A stretch of DNA of 64,000 bases, taken from Squalus acanthias (taxonomy: Eukaryota). How positions within the stretch are numbered: the first letter of the stretch is position 1; each line of letters opens with the position of its first letter. A program made the position numbers and the translations under genes. The notes under the pieces were generated by a model that was not told the DNA's origin, did no database searches, and saw nothing but the letters and a program-made list of their open reading frames with translations. Positions 10,594 to 23,233 of the stretch are shown in pieces. The DNA is taken from positions 175,710,001 through 175,774,000 of the forward strand of contig CM059425.1 of the NCBI GenBank assembly GCA_030390025.1. The letters run 5' to 3'.

Positions 10594-11878
10594 CCTGGCT
10601 TGATGGTAATGGTAGAGTGAGGGATATGCCGGGCCATGAGGTTACAGGTTGTGGTGGAATACAATTCTGCTGCTGCTGATGGCCCACAGAGCCTCACGGA
10701 TGCCAAGTTTTGAGCTGCGAGATCTGTTCTGAATCTTCCCATTTAGCACGATGGTAGTGCCACACAACATGATGGAGGGTGTCCTCAGTGTGAAGATGGG
10801 ATTTCAGCTCCACAATGACTGTGCGGTGGTCACTGCTACCAATACTGTCATGGACAGATGCATCTGCGACAGGTCGATTGATGAGGACGAGGTCAAGTAG
10901 GTTTTCCCCTCGTGTTGGTTCTCTCACCACCTGTCGCAGGCCCAGACTGCCAGCTATGTCCTTCAGGACTCGGCCAGCTCGGTCAGTAGTGGTGCTGCAG
11001 AGTCACTCTTGGTGATAGACATTGAAGTCCCCCACCCAGAGTGCATTCTGTGCCCTTACTACCCTCAGTGCTTCTTCCAAGTGGTGTTCAACATGGAGGT
11101 GCACTGATTCATGAGCTTAGGGAGGGCGGTAGGTGGTAATCAGCAGGAGGTTTCCATGCCCATGCTTGACCTGAAGCCATGAGACTTCATGGGGTCCGGA
11201 GTCAATGTTGAGGACTCCCAGAGCCACATCTTCTCAACTGTACAACACTGTGCCGCCACCCCTGGTGGGTCTGTCCTGCCGGTGAGACCGGACATACCCA
11301 GGGATGGTGATGGAGGAGTTTGGGACATTGGCTGAAAGGTATGATTCTGTGAGTATGACTATGTCAGGCTGTTGCTTGACTAGGCTGTGGGACAGCTCTC
11401 CCTATTTTGGCACAAGTCCCCAGATGTTGGTGAGGAGGACTTTGCAGGGTCGACTGGGCCGGGTGTGCCATTGCCGTGTCCATAGCCGGTGCCGCAAGCG
11501 AGTATGGTCCGTCTGGTTTCATTCTTATTATTGTGTTTCGTAGCGGTTTGTTACAACTGAGTGGCTTGCTGGGCCATTTCAGAGGGCAGTTAAGAGGCAA
11601 CCACATTGCTGTGGGTCTGGAGTACATATATGCCAGACCATTTAAGGACGGCAGATTTCCTTCCCTAAAGGACATTAGTGAACGAGATGGGTTTTTACGA
11701 CAATCCGATAGTTTCTTGGTCACCATTACTGATACTAGCTCTTTTTAAAATTCCAGATTTATTTAATTAACTGAATTTAAATTCCCCAGCTGCCGTGCTG
11801 GGATTTGAACTCACGTCTCTGGATCATTGAGTCCAGGCCTCTGGATTACTAGCCCAGTGACATTACCACTGTGCTACC
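10594..11878 (-). mobile_element. L2/CR1-group LINE, 5' part of copy A (APE endonuclease plus tRNA/SINE-like 5' end)
   Basis: Endonuclease motifs LTNIWGL..QQPDIVILTESY, WVGDFN and SDHRTV; sequence is contiguous with 4757; 5' end has A and B boxes. Confidence 0.88.
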
Positions 11879-11999
11879 TTGGGCAACCAAAGGGCAGGAC
11901 ACTTTCTTTTTTCAATTTTCAGCCGCCACCCTCCCCATTTTCCAGCGTAAATGTGGCAGGTGCTATTGAAAATCATTGTCACTTTTCTGATTTATTTCA

Positions 12000-12362
12000 A
12001 TTTTAATTTAATTTGTTTGTTTTTAAATAATTTGATTTATTTAGAGTCTCTCTTGTTTAGTTTGAGCTTGGTGATCTTAGTTATGTATTTGTCCTGCATG
12101 CCTAGCATTATTCTTTTAAAGGTGTTCCTTTTGTTCTCTACTGAAATGTTCATGAACATCCTCCTGCAATCCATTTGTTTTGATTCTTCCCTCCGTTCTT
12201 TGAATTTAGCCTGTTTAAAGTTATAAACCTCGCTCCTTGTCTTTAGTAGAACCAAATCCCAGATCTTGTTAAACTTGATCATTCTGTGGTCACTGTCCCC
12301 AAGAGATGCTGCAACTTCAATTTCCTGTACATTGTCTGGCTCATATATAAATACTAGGTCAA
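12000..12362 (-). mobile_element. Old CR1 fragment, host of LINE copy B (continues at 15128)
   Basis: DLVF..LGDSDHRMIKF endonuclease motif; rejoins 15128 onward as EAVLDLVF. Confidence 0.75.
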
Positions 12363-15127
12363 ATGAGAAAAATGTCCCAAACTCCTCCATCACCATCCCT
12401 GGGTATGTCCGGTCCCACCGCCATAACAGACCCACCAGGGGTGGCGGCACAGTGTTATACAGTCGGGAAGGAGTGGCCCTGGGAGTCCTCAACATTGACT
12501 CCGGACCCCATGAAGTCTCATGGCTTCAAGTCAAGCATGGGCAAGGAAACCTCCTGCTGATTACCACCTACCGCCCTCCCTAAGCTGATGAATCAGTACT
12601 CCTCCATGTTGAATACCACTTGGAAGAAGCACTGAGGGTAGTAAAGGCACAGAATATACTCTGGGTGGGGGACTTCAATATCCATCACCAAGAGTGGCTC
12701 GTTAGCACCACTACGGACTGAGCTGGCCAATTCCTGAAGGACATAACTGCCAGCCTGGACCTGCGACAGGTGGTGAGAGAACCAACACGAGGGAAAAACC
12801 TACTTGAACTCGTCCTCATCAATCTACCTGTTGCAGATGCATCTGTCCATGACAGTATTGGTAGCAGTGACTACCGCACAGTCATTGTGGAGACGAAGTC
12901 CCGGCTTCACACTGAGGACACCCTCCATCGTGTTGTGTGGCACTACCACCGTGCTAAATGGGATAGATTCAGAACAGATTTAGCAGCTCAAAACTGGGCA
13001 TCCATGAGGCGCTGTGGGCCATCAGCAGCAGCAGAATTGTATTCCACCACAATCTGTAACCTCATGGCCCGGCATATCTCTCAATCTACCATTACCATCA
13101 AACCAGGGGACCAACCCTAGTTCAATAATGAGTGTAGAAGAGCATGCCGGGAACAGCACCAGGCGTACCTAAAAATGAGGTGCCAACCTGGGGAAGCTGC
13201 AAAACAGGACTACATGCATGCTAAAAAGCGGAAGCAGCATGCTATAGACAGGGCTAAGCGATCCCACAATCAACGGATCAGATCAAAGCTCTGCAGTCCT
13301 GCCACATCCTGTCGTGAATGGTGGTGGACCATTAAACAACTAACGGGAGGAGGCTCCATGAATATCCCTATCCTCAATGATGGTGAAGCCCAGCACATGA
13401 GTGCAAAAGACAAGGCTGAAGTGTTTGCAACCATCTTCAGCCAGAAGTGCCGAGTGGATGATCCATATCAGCCTACTCCTGAGGTCCCCACCATCAAAAA
13501 AGCCAGTCTTCAGCCAATTCGATTCACTCCACGTGATATCAAGAAACGGCTGAGCGCACTGGATACAGCAAAGGCTATGGGCCCCGACAACATCCCGGCT
13601 ATCGTGCTGAAGACTTATGCTCCAGAAATAGCCACGCCTCTAGCCAAGCTGTTCCAGTACAGCTACAACACTGGCATCTATCTGACAATGTGGAAAACTG
13701 CCCAGGTATGTCCTGTCCACAAAAAGCAGGACAAATCCAACCCAGCCAATTACTGCCCCATCAGTCTACTCTCAATCATCAGCAAAGTGATGGAAGATGT
13801 CATCGACAGTGCTATCAAGCGGCACTTACTCACCAATAACCTGATCACTGATGCTCAGTTTGGGTTCCGCCAGGACCACTCGGCTCCTGACCTCATTACA
13901 ACCTTGGTCCAAACATGGACAAAGGAGCTGAATTCCAGAGGTGAGGTGAGAGTGACTGCCCTTGACATCAAGGCAGCATTTGACCGAGTGTGGCCTCAAG
14001 GAGCCCTAGTAAAACTGAAGTCAATGGGAATCGGGGGGAAAACACTCCACTGGCTGGAGTCATACCTAGCAGAAAGGAAGATGGTTTTGGTGGTTGAAGG
14101 TTAATCATCACAGCCCCAGGACATTGCTGCAGGAGTTCCTCAGGGCAGTGTCCTAGGCCCAACCATCTTCAGCTGCTTCATCAATGACCTTCCCTTCAAC
14201 ATAAGGTCAGAAATGGAGATGTTCGCTGATGACTGCACATTGTTCAGTGCCATTCACAACTCCTCAAATAATGAAGCAGTCCATGCCCGCATGCAACAAG
14301 GCCTGGACGACGTTCAGGCTTGGGCTGATAAGTGGCAGGTAACATTCGCGCCACAGAAGTGCCAGGCAATGACTATCTCCAACAAGCGAGAGTCTAACCC
14401 CCTCCCCTTGACATTCAACGGCATTACCATTGCTGAATCCCCCGCCATCAACATCCTGGGGGTCACCATTGACCAGTAACTTAACTGGAACAGCTACATA
14501 AATACTGTGACAACAAGAGCAGATCAGAGACTAGGCAGTCTGCGGCGAGTGTCTCACCTCCTGACTCCCCAAAGCCTTTCCACCATCTACAAGGCACAAG
14601 TAAGGAGTGTGATGGAATACTCTCCACTTGCCTGGATGAGTGCAGCTCCAACAACACCCAAGAAGCTCGACACTATCCAGGACAAAGCAGCCCGTTTGAT
14701 TGGTACCCCATCCATCACCTTAAACATTCATTTCCTCCACCACTGGCGTACCGTGGCTGCAGTGTGTACCATCTACAAGATGCACTGCAGCAACTCGCCA
14801 AGGCTTCTTCGGCAGTACCTCCCAAACCCGCGACCTCTTCCACCAAGAAGGACAAGGGCAGCAGGTGCATGGGAACACTACCAGCTCCAAATTTTCCTCC
14901 AAGTCACCCACCATCCTGACTTAGAAGTATATCGCTGATCCTTCATCGTCGCTGTTTCAAAATCCTGGAACTACGTCCCTGACAGCACTGTGGCAGCTCC
15001 TTCACCACACGGACTGCAGCAGTTCAAGAACGCGGCTCACCACCACCTTCTCCGGGGCAATTAGGGATGGGCAATAAATGCTGGTTTTGCCAGCGATGCC
15101 CACATCCCATAAACGAATTAAAAAAAA
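12363..15127 (+). mobile_element. L2/CR1-group LINE copy B, 5'-truncated, with poly(A) tail
   Basis: EN and RT ORF fragments 12266-14938 closely similar to copy A; flanked by a GTCAA duplication (12358-12362 / 15128-15132). Confidence 0.9.
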
Positions 15128-15900
15128 GTCAAGCACTGCCTCGCATGGTTTGTCTTAGGCACTGAGTCAAGGAGCAATCATGCATTACATTTATCAACTT
15201 GGACTCCAACTTGCTTGGGTTTTCCCAATTTATATTTGGTTAGTTGAAGTCACCCATTAAAATAACTTTCCTGTTCTCACCCATCCTTCTTATTTCTCCA
15301 TAGAACTAATTGAATTCCTTCTGGTGTTGACCTGATGGTTTTTAGCATACCCTTAATGCTAGCTTGGATTTTTTTAAATTGCAGATTTCTAGCAAGCGTA
15401 CTTCTTTATGCAATTTACTCCATCCCATAGGATCAACTTCATTTGCCACTTAGTTGTCCTCACATACAAATTCACACCACCTCTTTATTCTGTCCCTTGT
15501 GCCCTTTCTGAGCACTCTATATTTAAATTAATCTCCATCCTTTGGATTTAGCCATGTTTCTGATATTTCTATCGCATCATACTTCCCGACTGCCACAATA
15601 GTTTCCTGTTCTGTCATCTTATTTCTAGTGCTTGTAGCATTCATGCACAAGCCTCTTAATGTAGATTTGCCTTCTACCAAGTCCTCCCTTGTGTCTACTT
15701 TTACATGCATGTGTCTTTAGGTTACTGTGTCCATACCCACCTGTTCGTTACTTTGCACTCCATTATCTGCTCCGATTACCTCCCATTCTCGCCATTCATT
15801 TACATCCTTAACTTTATTGGTGATCTCCTCTCCTTTGCCAAACACTTGAAGTATGTCAGAAAAAGTGACTTTACATCCCTTATCTTTGAGTTTTGAGGAA
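15128..15900 (-). mobile_element. Old CR1 endonuclease/ORF1 remnant
   Basis: LCMNATSTRNK..YDAIEISETWL is the endonuclease N-terminus. Confidence 0.7.
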
Positions 15901-16539
15901 ATCCTTCTTCTGTATGTGCCGTTAAGGCTCCTAAATTGATTTCCCCCATGTTGTTTATCCCTACATGGATTTCTAAAGTAAAGAATTGCTGGAAATAGAA
16001 TAGAACACAGGAGCCTTTGATGTCTAACTAAAACTGCAGGAAAGTAATAATATGAAGGACAAAAGATTTTGGTGCCCAACATAACACTTTTACACTACAA
16101 TTACAATCTGTGGAGCCAATTTTCATAGCTATTATCACTGATCAAATTGTGAGACAGTGTCACTGCAAATCAGTCCGTTGAGTACTATTTTGGCAAGGAC
16201 AACTCAAACAAAAATGACACAGCTTTTATGTTGACACATGATATTAAAGTCAAAGGCTTTTTACATTTACAATCAAATAAAACCCATTAGAAAATACATT
16301 ACATTGTGCTAGTTGCTAGAAAACATTATCGGTTGAATTTTTCATTGAATTTGATAATGTATATTGTCAGTGAGTCAGAATGTGCCAAACGCAATTTGAA
16401 TACTATTAAACAGGCTTTCAAGATACACCAAAAATACCATAATGGAGGAATGAGGTAATGTTGGCACTAGAGGCATGAAATTATTCTGTTTTGGTAATAT
16501 TATTAAAATGTAGACTGTGAGTCTTATCTGGCACAGGGA

Positions 16540-18205
16540 CATAGAACATAAGAACATAAGAAGTAGGAGCAGGAGTAGGCCATATGGTCCCTCGGGCCTG
16601 CTCCGCCATTCAATAGGATCATGGCTGATCCGAACCTAGACTCACGTCCACTTCCCTGCCCGCTCCCCATAACCCTTAATTCCCTTATCAGCTAGGAAAC
16701 TGCCTATCTCTGTTTTAAATTTATTTAATGATGTAGCTTCCACAGCTCTCTGAGGTAGCAAATTCCATAGATTTACTACCCTCTGAGTGAAGAAGTTTCT
16801 CCTCATCTCAGTTTTGAAACGGCAGCCCCTTATTCTAAGATTATGCCCCCCTAGTTCTAGTCTCACCCATCAGTGGCAACATCCTCCCCGCATCCACCCG
16901 ATCAAGCCCTCTCACAATCTTATATGTTTCGATAAGATCGCCTCTCATTCTTCTGTATTCCAATGAGTAGAGGCCCAACCTACTCAACCTTTCCTCATAA
17001 GTCAACCCCCTCATCTCCGGAATCAACCGAGTGAACCTTCTCTGAACTGCCTCTAGAGCAAGTATATCTTTTCTTAAATATGGAAACCAAAACTGTACGC
17101 AGTATTCCAGGTGTGGCCTCACCAGTACCCTGTATAGCTGAAGCAAGACTTCCCTGCTTTTATACTCCATCCCCCTTGCAATAAAAGCCAATATTCCATT
17201 GGCCTTCCTGATCACCTGCTGTACCTGCAAACTAACCTTCTGTGTTTCATGCACCAGGACCCCCAGATCCCTTTGTACTGTAGCACTTTGCAGTTTCTTT
17301 CCATTTAGATAATAACTTGCTCTTTGATTTTTCTGCCAAAGTGCATAACCTCACACTTTCCAACATTATATTCCATCTGCCAAATTTCTGCCCACTCACT
17401 TAGCCTGTCTATGTCCTTTTGCAGGTTTTTTATGTCCTCCTCACTCACTGCTTTCCCTCCCATCTTTGTATCGTCAGCAAACTTGGATACGTTGCACTTG
17501 GTCCCCTCCTCCAAATCGTTAATATAGATTGTAAAGAGTTGGGGTCCCAGCACTGACCCCTGCGGAACACCACTAGTTACTGATTGCCAACCCGAGAATG
17601 AACCATTTATCCCAACTCTCTGTTTTCTGTTAGATAGCCAATCTTCCACCCATGCCAGTATATTACCCCCAATCCCGTGATTTTTTATCTTGTGCAGTAA
17701 TCTTTTGTGTGGTACCTTGTCAAATGCCTTTTGGAAGTCCAAATACACCACATCCACTGATTCCCCTTTATCCACCTTGTTTGCTATGTCCTCAAAGAAT
17801 TCGAGCAAATTTGTCAAGCATGATTTCCCCTTCATAAAACCATGCTGACTCTGTCCGATTAAGTTATGCTTATCCAAATGTCCTGTTACTGCTTCCTTAA
17901 TAATGGACTCCAACATTTTACCAACCACAGATGTTAGGCTAACTGGTCTATAGTTTCCAGCCTTTTGTCTACCTCCCTTTTTAAATAAGGGCATTACATT
18001 AGCAGTTTTCCAATCTGCTGGGACCTTTCCTGAATCCAGGGAGTTTTGGAAAATTACCACCAATGCATCCGCAATCCCTACCGCAACTTCTCTCAAGACC
18101 CTAGGATGTAAGCCATCACGTCCAGGGGATTTATCGGCCTTAAGTCCCATTCTCTTACCGAGTACCATCTCCTTAGTGATTTTAATCGTGTTTAGCTCCT
18201 CCCCC
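16540..18205 (-). mobile_element. CR1 LINE, 5'-truncated, young
   Basis: Long RT ORFs ([33 protein letters not shown]) and a 3' tail of (TTCTTATG)n repeats. Confidence 0.92.
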
Positions 18206-18714
18206 CCTTCCAGTCACCTATTTTTGGAGTCAGCCATGCACTACTACTAGCAAGAGGTTGTGAAATGTGGAGAAAGCCTAAATGAGCTATTCCATGTTTA
18301 GTGTTTCCCTACCACTTCAATAAGGATTAACAAATTTTAGCATACACTTAAGGAAAAGCCATTTTGATCTTGTTGAGGTCTTGTTAAAAACCAAATAAGG
18401 GAAACTTAGGCATAATTATGTGGCCTTGGAAGGTCCTTGGAAATAGAGCTTTTAATGCAAGGTCTCTTGGTCTAAGAGGGCCTTGGAAGAATCATGAATC
18501 GCAAAAAAATTGCAGACTATAGGTCTCCTGCAACAGAAAATGGTACTTGGGCTTGGAGGAGCAGTTGTTGAGGAGCCTCAGGGTCACCAAGGAGATGGTG
18601 CTGAGATGTGCCATCTGGTCCTAGAAGACCTGCAAGAACAGTTAACCATCTACACTAAAATGCCAATGGCAATGAAGGTCATCAAGCTCTCAACTTGAAG
18701 AATTGGGGCTGTGT

Positions 18715-19100
18715 TTGCTAGAACAGAGAAGATTTGATTGAGGTGTTTACAATTTTGAAGGAATGAGACAGGATCGATAGAAACACATTGTTTGCAGTGG
18801 TCAAGGGGTCCAGAATGAATGGACTTAGATATAGGATTAAATGTAAGATATTTAGATCAGAGAGCAGGAGAAGCTTCTTTACACAAAAGGTTGTGAGGTT
18901 GTGGAATGCACTGCTTGAGTTAGTGATTGAAGCAGAGACCATGTCCACATTTAAGAATAGGTAAGAAATGTGGTTGAAGGAAAGGGGGATAAAAGGTTAT
19001 GGGAATAGGGTGGGCACATGAAATTAGGACTACTGCTCGTGTGGAGGATAAACACCAATAGCCAAACAGCCTGTTCCATTTGTAATTTCTATTTAATTTT
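18715..19100 (+). mobile_element. CR1 3' fragment
   Basis: Degenerate ..DLIEVF..FFTQKVV..WN.. C-terminus plus 3' UTR. Confidence 0.7.
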
Positions 19101-19264
19101 ATGTAAATCTTATATGTCACAGGGACCTTCCGGTCACCCATTATAGGAGTCAGCCATGCACTACTACTTCATGAAACAGGTCACCAACATTCTCATCTAG
19201 GTACACTTCAGCAGTGACTAACAGGTGTAGCAGCAGAAGCCACAAAAAGTTTTTTTGACATTGT

Positions 19265-19580
19265 CAGCTGTGTTAGCTTGCTTCAGTTGGTTGCAATTTC
19301 AGCTCTGAGTTAGACGTTTGTGGTTTAAAGCCTCGCTCCTGGATTTGGGCACATACCCTAGGCTGACTATTCAGTGCACTACTGAAGGAGTTCTGCATTG
19401 CAGAGATGCCATACTTCTGTTTGTTCTGGTGGTTCACGTGGATGTTATATATCCCATAGCACTGTTTGAAAAACAGGGAGTTCTCCTGGTGACCTGGCCA
19501 GCAAGCCTCCCTCAACCAATCCTACTAAAACAGATTCACTGGTCATTCAACTCATTGCTGATTGTGGTATCTAAATGAAT
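19265..19580 (+). mobile_element. Degenerate Deu-domain SINE (SacSINE/AmnSINE-like)
   Basis: tRNA-like head then GCTGACTATTCAGTGCACTACTGAAGGAGTTCTGCATTG, which resembles the Deu core. Confidence 0.5.
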
Positions 19581-19739
19581 GTATCCCAATTTGAGTAGGC
19601 TCCCTTACAGGTGTGCAACCCTTCTTGATTTTCCTCTATGTGCTGCGGGCAAGTGATCCAATACCCCAAGTGCAATAACAGGAAAAAAAATGTGCCAGTG
19701 ACTCTGTAGAAGACCAATATGGCAACAAATTATATGTCA

Positions 19740-20840
19740 ACATGTTCATAAACAATAAGTACGTTAGAATTCAGCTAGACTGTGGTACTACTGTCAATGT
19801 TCTATCTGAGAATGAATATCTCAGACTATTTGATGATCCAAGTGGCAGAGAACTTCAGGATCCTAACACTTCACTGCTCATGTTCAACAAAACAGAAGTG
19901 AACCATTGGGGAAAAGCATTAAAAACCACAATAACAACAAGAAGTACTGTACTGAGTTTCCAATAGTTCCGAGGGGATGTAAACCTATTCCAGGGGCTAG
20001 CTATTCAACATAACAACTTGTGATAGTGAGACAAGAGAACATTATGATAATAGAAGGTTCATCGAAGCTCACAAACAAGCTATACTGGCCAAACCCCAGG
20101 ATGTCTTCAAAGGAGACGTAAAGTTAGAAAACACTCTGCACCTTGAAATTGATCTCAAGATCCCACCTACACTACTGTCAGCCAGAAAACTATCTTTAGG
20201 GGTAAAAGAACTTGTCAAGAAGCATATTAATGAGCTTATTGATAAGATATCAGTGTCCCATTTGACTAGGTTCTTCAATGGTGGTGGTAATGAAAGGAAA
20301 TGCCAAAGTGTGCCTGTGTAGTCATCTAAGGCAACCTAACAAAGCACTCAAATGTATTCACTACCCTATTCAAACCATATGATATTCTTCCTGAACTAGC
20401 TAAAGCAAAACTCTTCATGATTGTGGATGCAAAGAGTGGATGTTATATTAGATGAAGAATTTTCAACTCAATTTGGTAGATACAAAAATTGAGTATGCCT
20501 TTCAGAATCTTCCCAGCAGAGGAATTTCAGAGAAGACAACAACAACAACAACTTGCATTTATGTAGTAATTTAGCATAGTAAAACGTTCCAAGGCGCAAG
20601 ACTTTGAGATGCATGACAATCTGGAAGGCGTCGTTGCTGTTGTGGCTAACATTTTAGTCTATGGTACAGATCAACGAGCGGAACTGGAAGTTTTATTGAA
20701 ACAATGCCACAAAAGGTATCCAACTGAACAAGGTTAAGATAAAGTTCAAGGAAGGAATGGCGAAATATTTGGGTCATCAACACTCTAAAGTTGAACTAAA
20801 ACCAGATCCTGTTAAAGTTCAAGGAGTGCTTAAGGTGCAA
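19740..20840 (+). pseudogene. Degenerate Ty3/Gypsy protease-RT
   Basis: Protease motif IQLDCGTTVNVL; scattered RT motifs (NKAL, HYPI, DAKSG, MPF, ILVYG) with many indels. Confidence 0.7.
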
Positions 20841-20855
20841 CTGCTCACACACCCC

Positions 20856-22555
20856 CACCCCGTGACCTCCGACTGCTCACCACAGCCCCATGACCTCCAA
20901 CTGCTCACCATAGCCCCGTGACCTCCGACTGCTCACCATAGCCCCGTGACCTCTGACTGCTCACCACTGCCCCGTGACATCCGACTGCTCACCATGGCCC
21001 TGTGACCTCCGACTGCTCACCACCGCCCCGTGACCTCCGACTGCTCACCACAGCTCCGTGATATCTGACAGCTCACCACTGCCCCGTGACCTCTGACTGC
21101 TCACCATGGCCCCGTGACCTCCGACTGCTCACCACCGCCCCGTGACCTCCGACTGCTCACCACAGCTCCGTGATATCTGACAGCTCACCACTGCCCCGTG
21201 ACCTCTGACTGCTCACCACCGCCCCGTGACCTCTGACTGCTCACCACAGCCCCGTGACCTCCGACTGCTCAACACAGCTCCGTGATATCTGACAGCTCAC
21301 CACCGCCCCGTGACCTCCGACTGCTCACCACCGCCCTGTGATATCCGACTGCTCACCACCGCCCCGTGACCTCTGACTGCTCACCACCGCCCCATGACCT
21401 CCGACTGCTCACCACAGCCCCGTGATATCCGACTGCTCACCACCGCCCCGTGACCTCCAACAGCTCACCACCGCCCCGTGACCTCTGACTGCTCACCACA
21501 GCCCCGTGACCTCCGACTGCTCACCACAGCTCCATGATATCTGACAGCTCACCTCCGTCCCATGACCTCTGACTGCTCACCACCGCCCCGTGACCTCCGA
21601 CTGCTCATCACAGCACCGTGACCTCCGACAGCTCACCATCGCCCCGTGACCTCTGACTGCTCACCACCGCCTCGTGACCTCTGACTGCTTACCACCGCCT
21701 CGTGACCTCTGACTGCTCACCACAGCCCCGTGACCTCTGACTGCTCACCACAGCCCCGTGACCTCTGACTGCTCACCACAGCCCCGTGACCTCCGACTGC
21801 TCACCACCGCCCCATGACCTCTGACTGCTCACCACAGCTCCGTGACCTCTGACTGCTCACCACAGCCCCGTGACCTCCGACTGCTCACCACCACCCCATG
21901 ACCTCCGACTGCTCACCACAGCCCCGTGATATCCGACTGCTCACCACCGCCCCGTGATATCTGACAGCTCACCACCGCCCCATGACCTCTGACTGCTCAC
22001 CACCGCCCCGTGACCTCCGACTGCTCATCACTGCACCGTGACCTCCGACAGCTCACCATCGCCCCGTGACCTCTGACTGCTCACCACCGCCTCGCGACCT
22101 CTGACTGCTCACCACCGCCTCGTGGCCTCTGACTGCTCACGACAGCCCTGTGACCTCTGATTGCTCACTGCAGCTCCGTGACCTCTGACTGATCACCACA
22201 GCCCCGTGACCTCTGACTGCTCACCACCGCCCCGTGACCTCTGACTGCTCACCACAGCCCCGTGACCTCCGACAGCTCACCACCGCCCCATGATCTCTGA
22301 CGGCTCACCACCGCCCCGTGACCTCTGACTGCTCACCACAGCCCCGTGACTTCTGACTGCTCACCACAGCCCCGTGACTTCTGACTGCTCACCACTGCCC
22401 CGTGACCTCTGACTGCTCACCACCGCCCCGTGACCTCTGACTGCTCACCACAGCCCCGTGACCTCTGACTGCTCACCACCGCCCCGTGACCTCTGACTGC
22501 TCACCACCGCCCCGTGACCTCTGATTGCTCACCACAGCCCCGTGACCTCTGACTC
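20856..22555. repeat. 28-bp minisatellite, about 60 units
   Basis: Consensus GCCCCGTGACCTCTGACTGCTCACCACC with variant units. Confidence 0.97.
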
Positions 22556-22796
22556 CCCCAAACAACCCCCGTGCGCGATCTGCGACTTACCTGCCATCTG
22601 CTCACCAGCTGCTTTCCTGACCGACAGGCATGCAGCCCGTCAATCAAGCTGGCTGTCGGTCAGGAAACCCTTTGTAAAATATTAAAACAGGTCCTACCGT
22701 TAAATTCGGTAGGACCTGCGGAAAACCCGTACTTCCAGGTTTCCGGTCCGCAAACACCCTCCAGCTCTCTTCCCGGCTCGGGGCCTCAGTCTGTGC

Positions 22797-22854
22797 TACC
22801 TCTGACCTGTAGTACCTCTGACCTGTAGTACCTCTGACCTGTAGTACCTCTGAG
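22797..22854. repeat. 16-bp tandem repeat x3.5
   Basis: (TACCTCTGACCTGTAG)n. Confidence 0.9.
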
Positions 22855-23233
22855 CCTGTGCCCATTACCAGTGAGCTGCAAGAAGTGGGCACAGATGTCA
22901 TTGTCTCTCCAAAAAGTAGCATTGAGACTGTTTCCTTGTGCACCCTCCATTGCCTACACATGAGGGGGCTGCAGACATGGACCCTACACCCCTTTCCACT
23001 GCAACAGAAAGGCTGCTGAAAGCTGGTCCCTCTGGGAGAGCAGCTTCCCTGAGACAAGAGTCACCTCAGGCCTCTAAAGCTCCACGGGAACCTACCCAGC
23101 CACCCACCACTCAACATCATCTCATTTAGGGAGCACCTTGTAGAAGTAGTAGAATAGGAGCACAAACAACTGTGTTAGATGACTGAAAGGGAAGTCACCG
23201 TGTTAACAAATAGTTTAGATAGTGTGTCCTCCT

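Noticed and set aside
11790..11878. tRNA gene (likewise 250-326)
   Set aside because: A and B boxes only, embedded in retroposon heads, with no complete cloverleaf.
16371..16454. Possible small host exon (AG..ESECAKRNLNTIKQAFKIHQKYHNGGM..GTAATG)
   Set aside because: Splice-like ends but no recognisable protein or partner exons. It needs RNA-seq or BLASTX; a host gene spanning the window cannot be excluded.
19740..20840. Gypsy pol remnant as the missing 5' half of the env element
   Set aside because: Far more decayed, AT-rich and located downstream; an unrelated older insertion.
20856..22555. CRISPR-like array
   Set aside because: Units are head-to-tail with no unique spacers and no cas genes, in a eukaryotic context.
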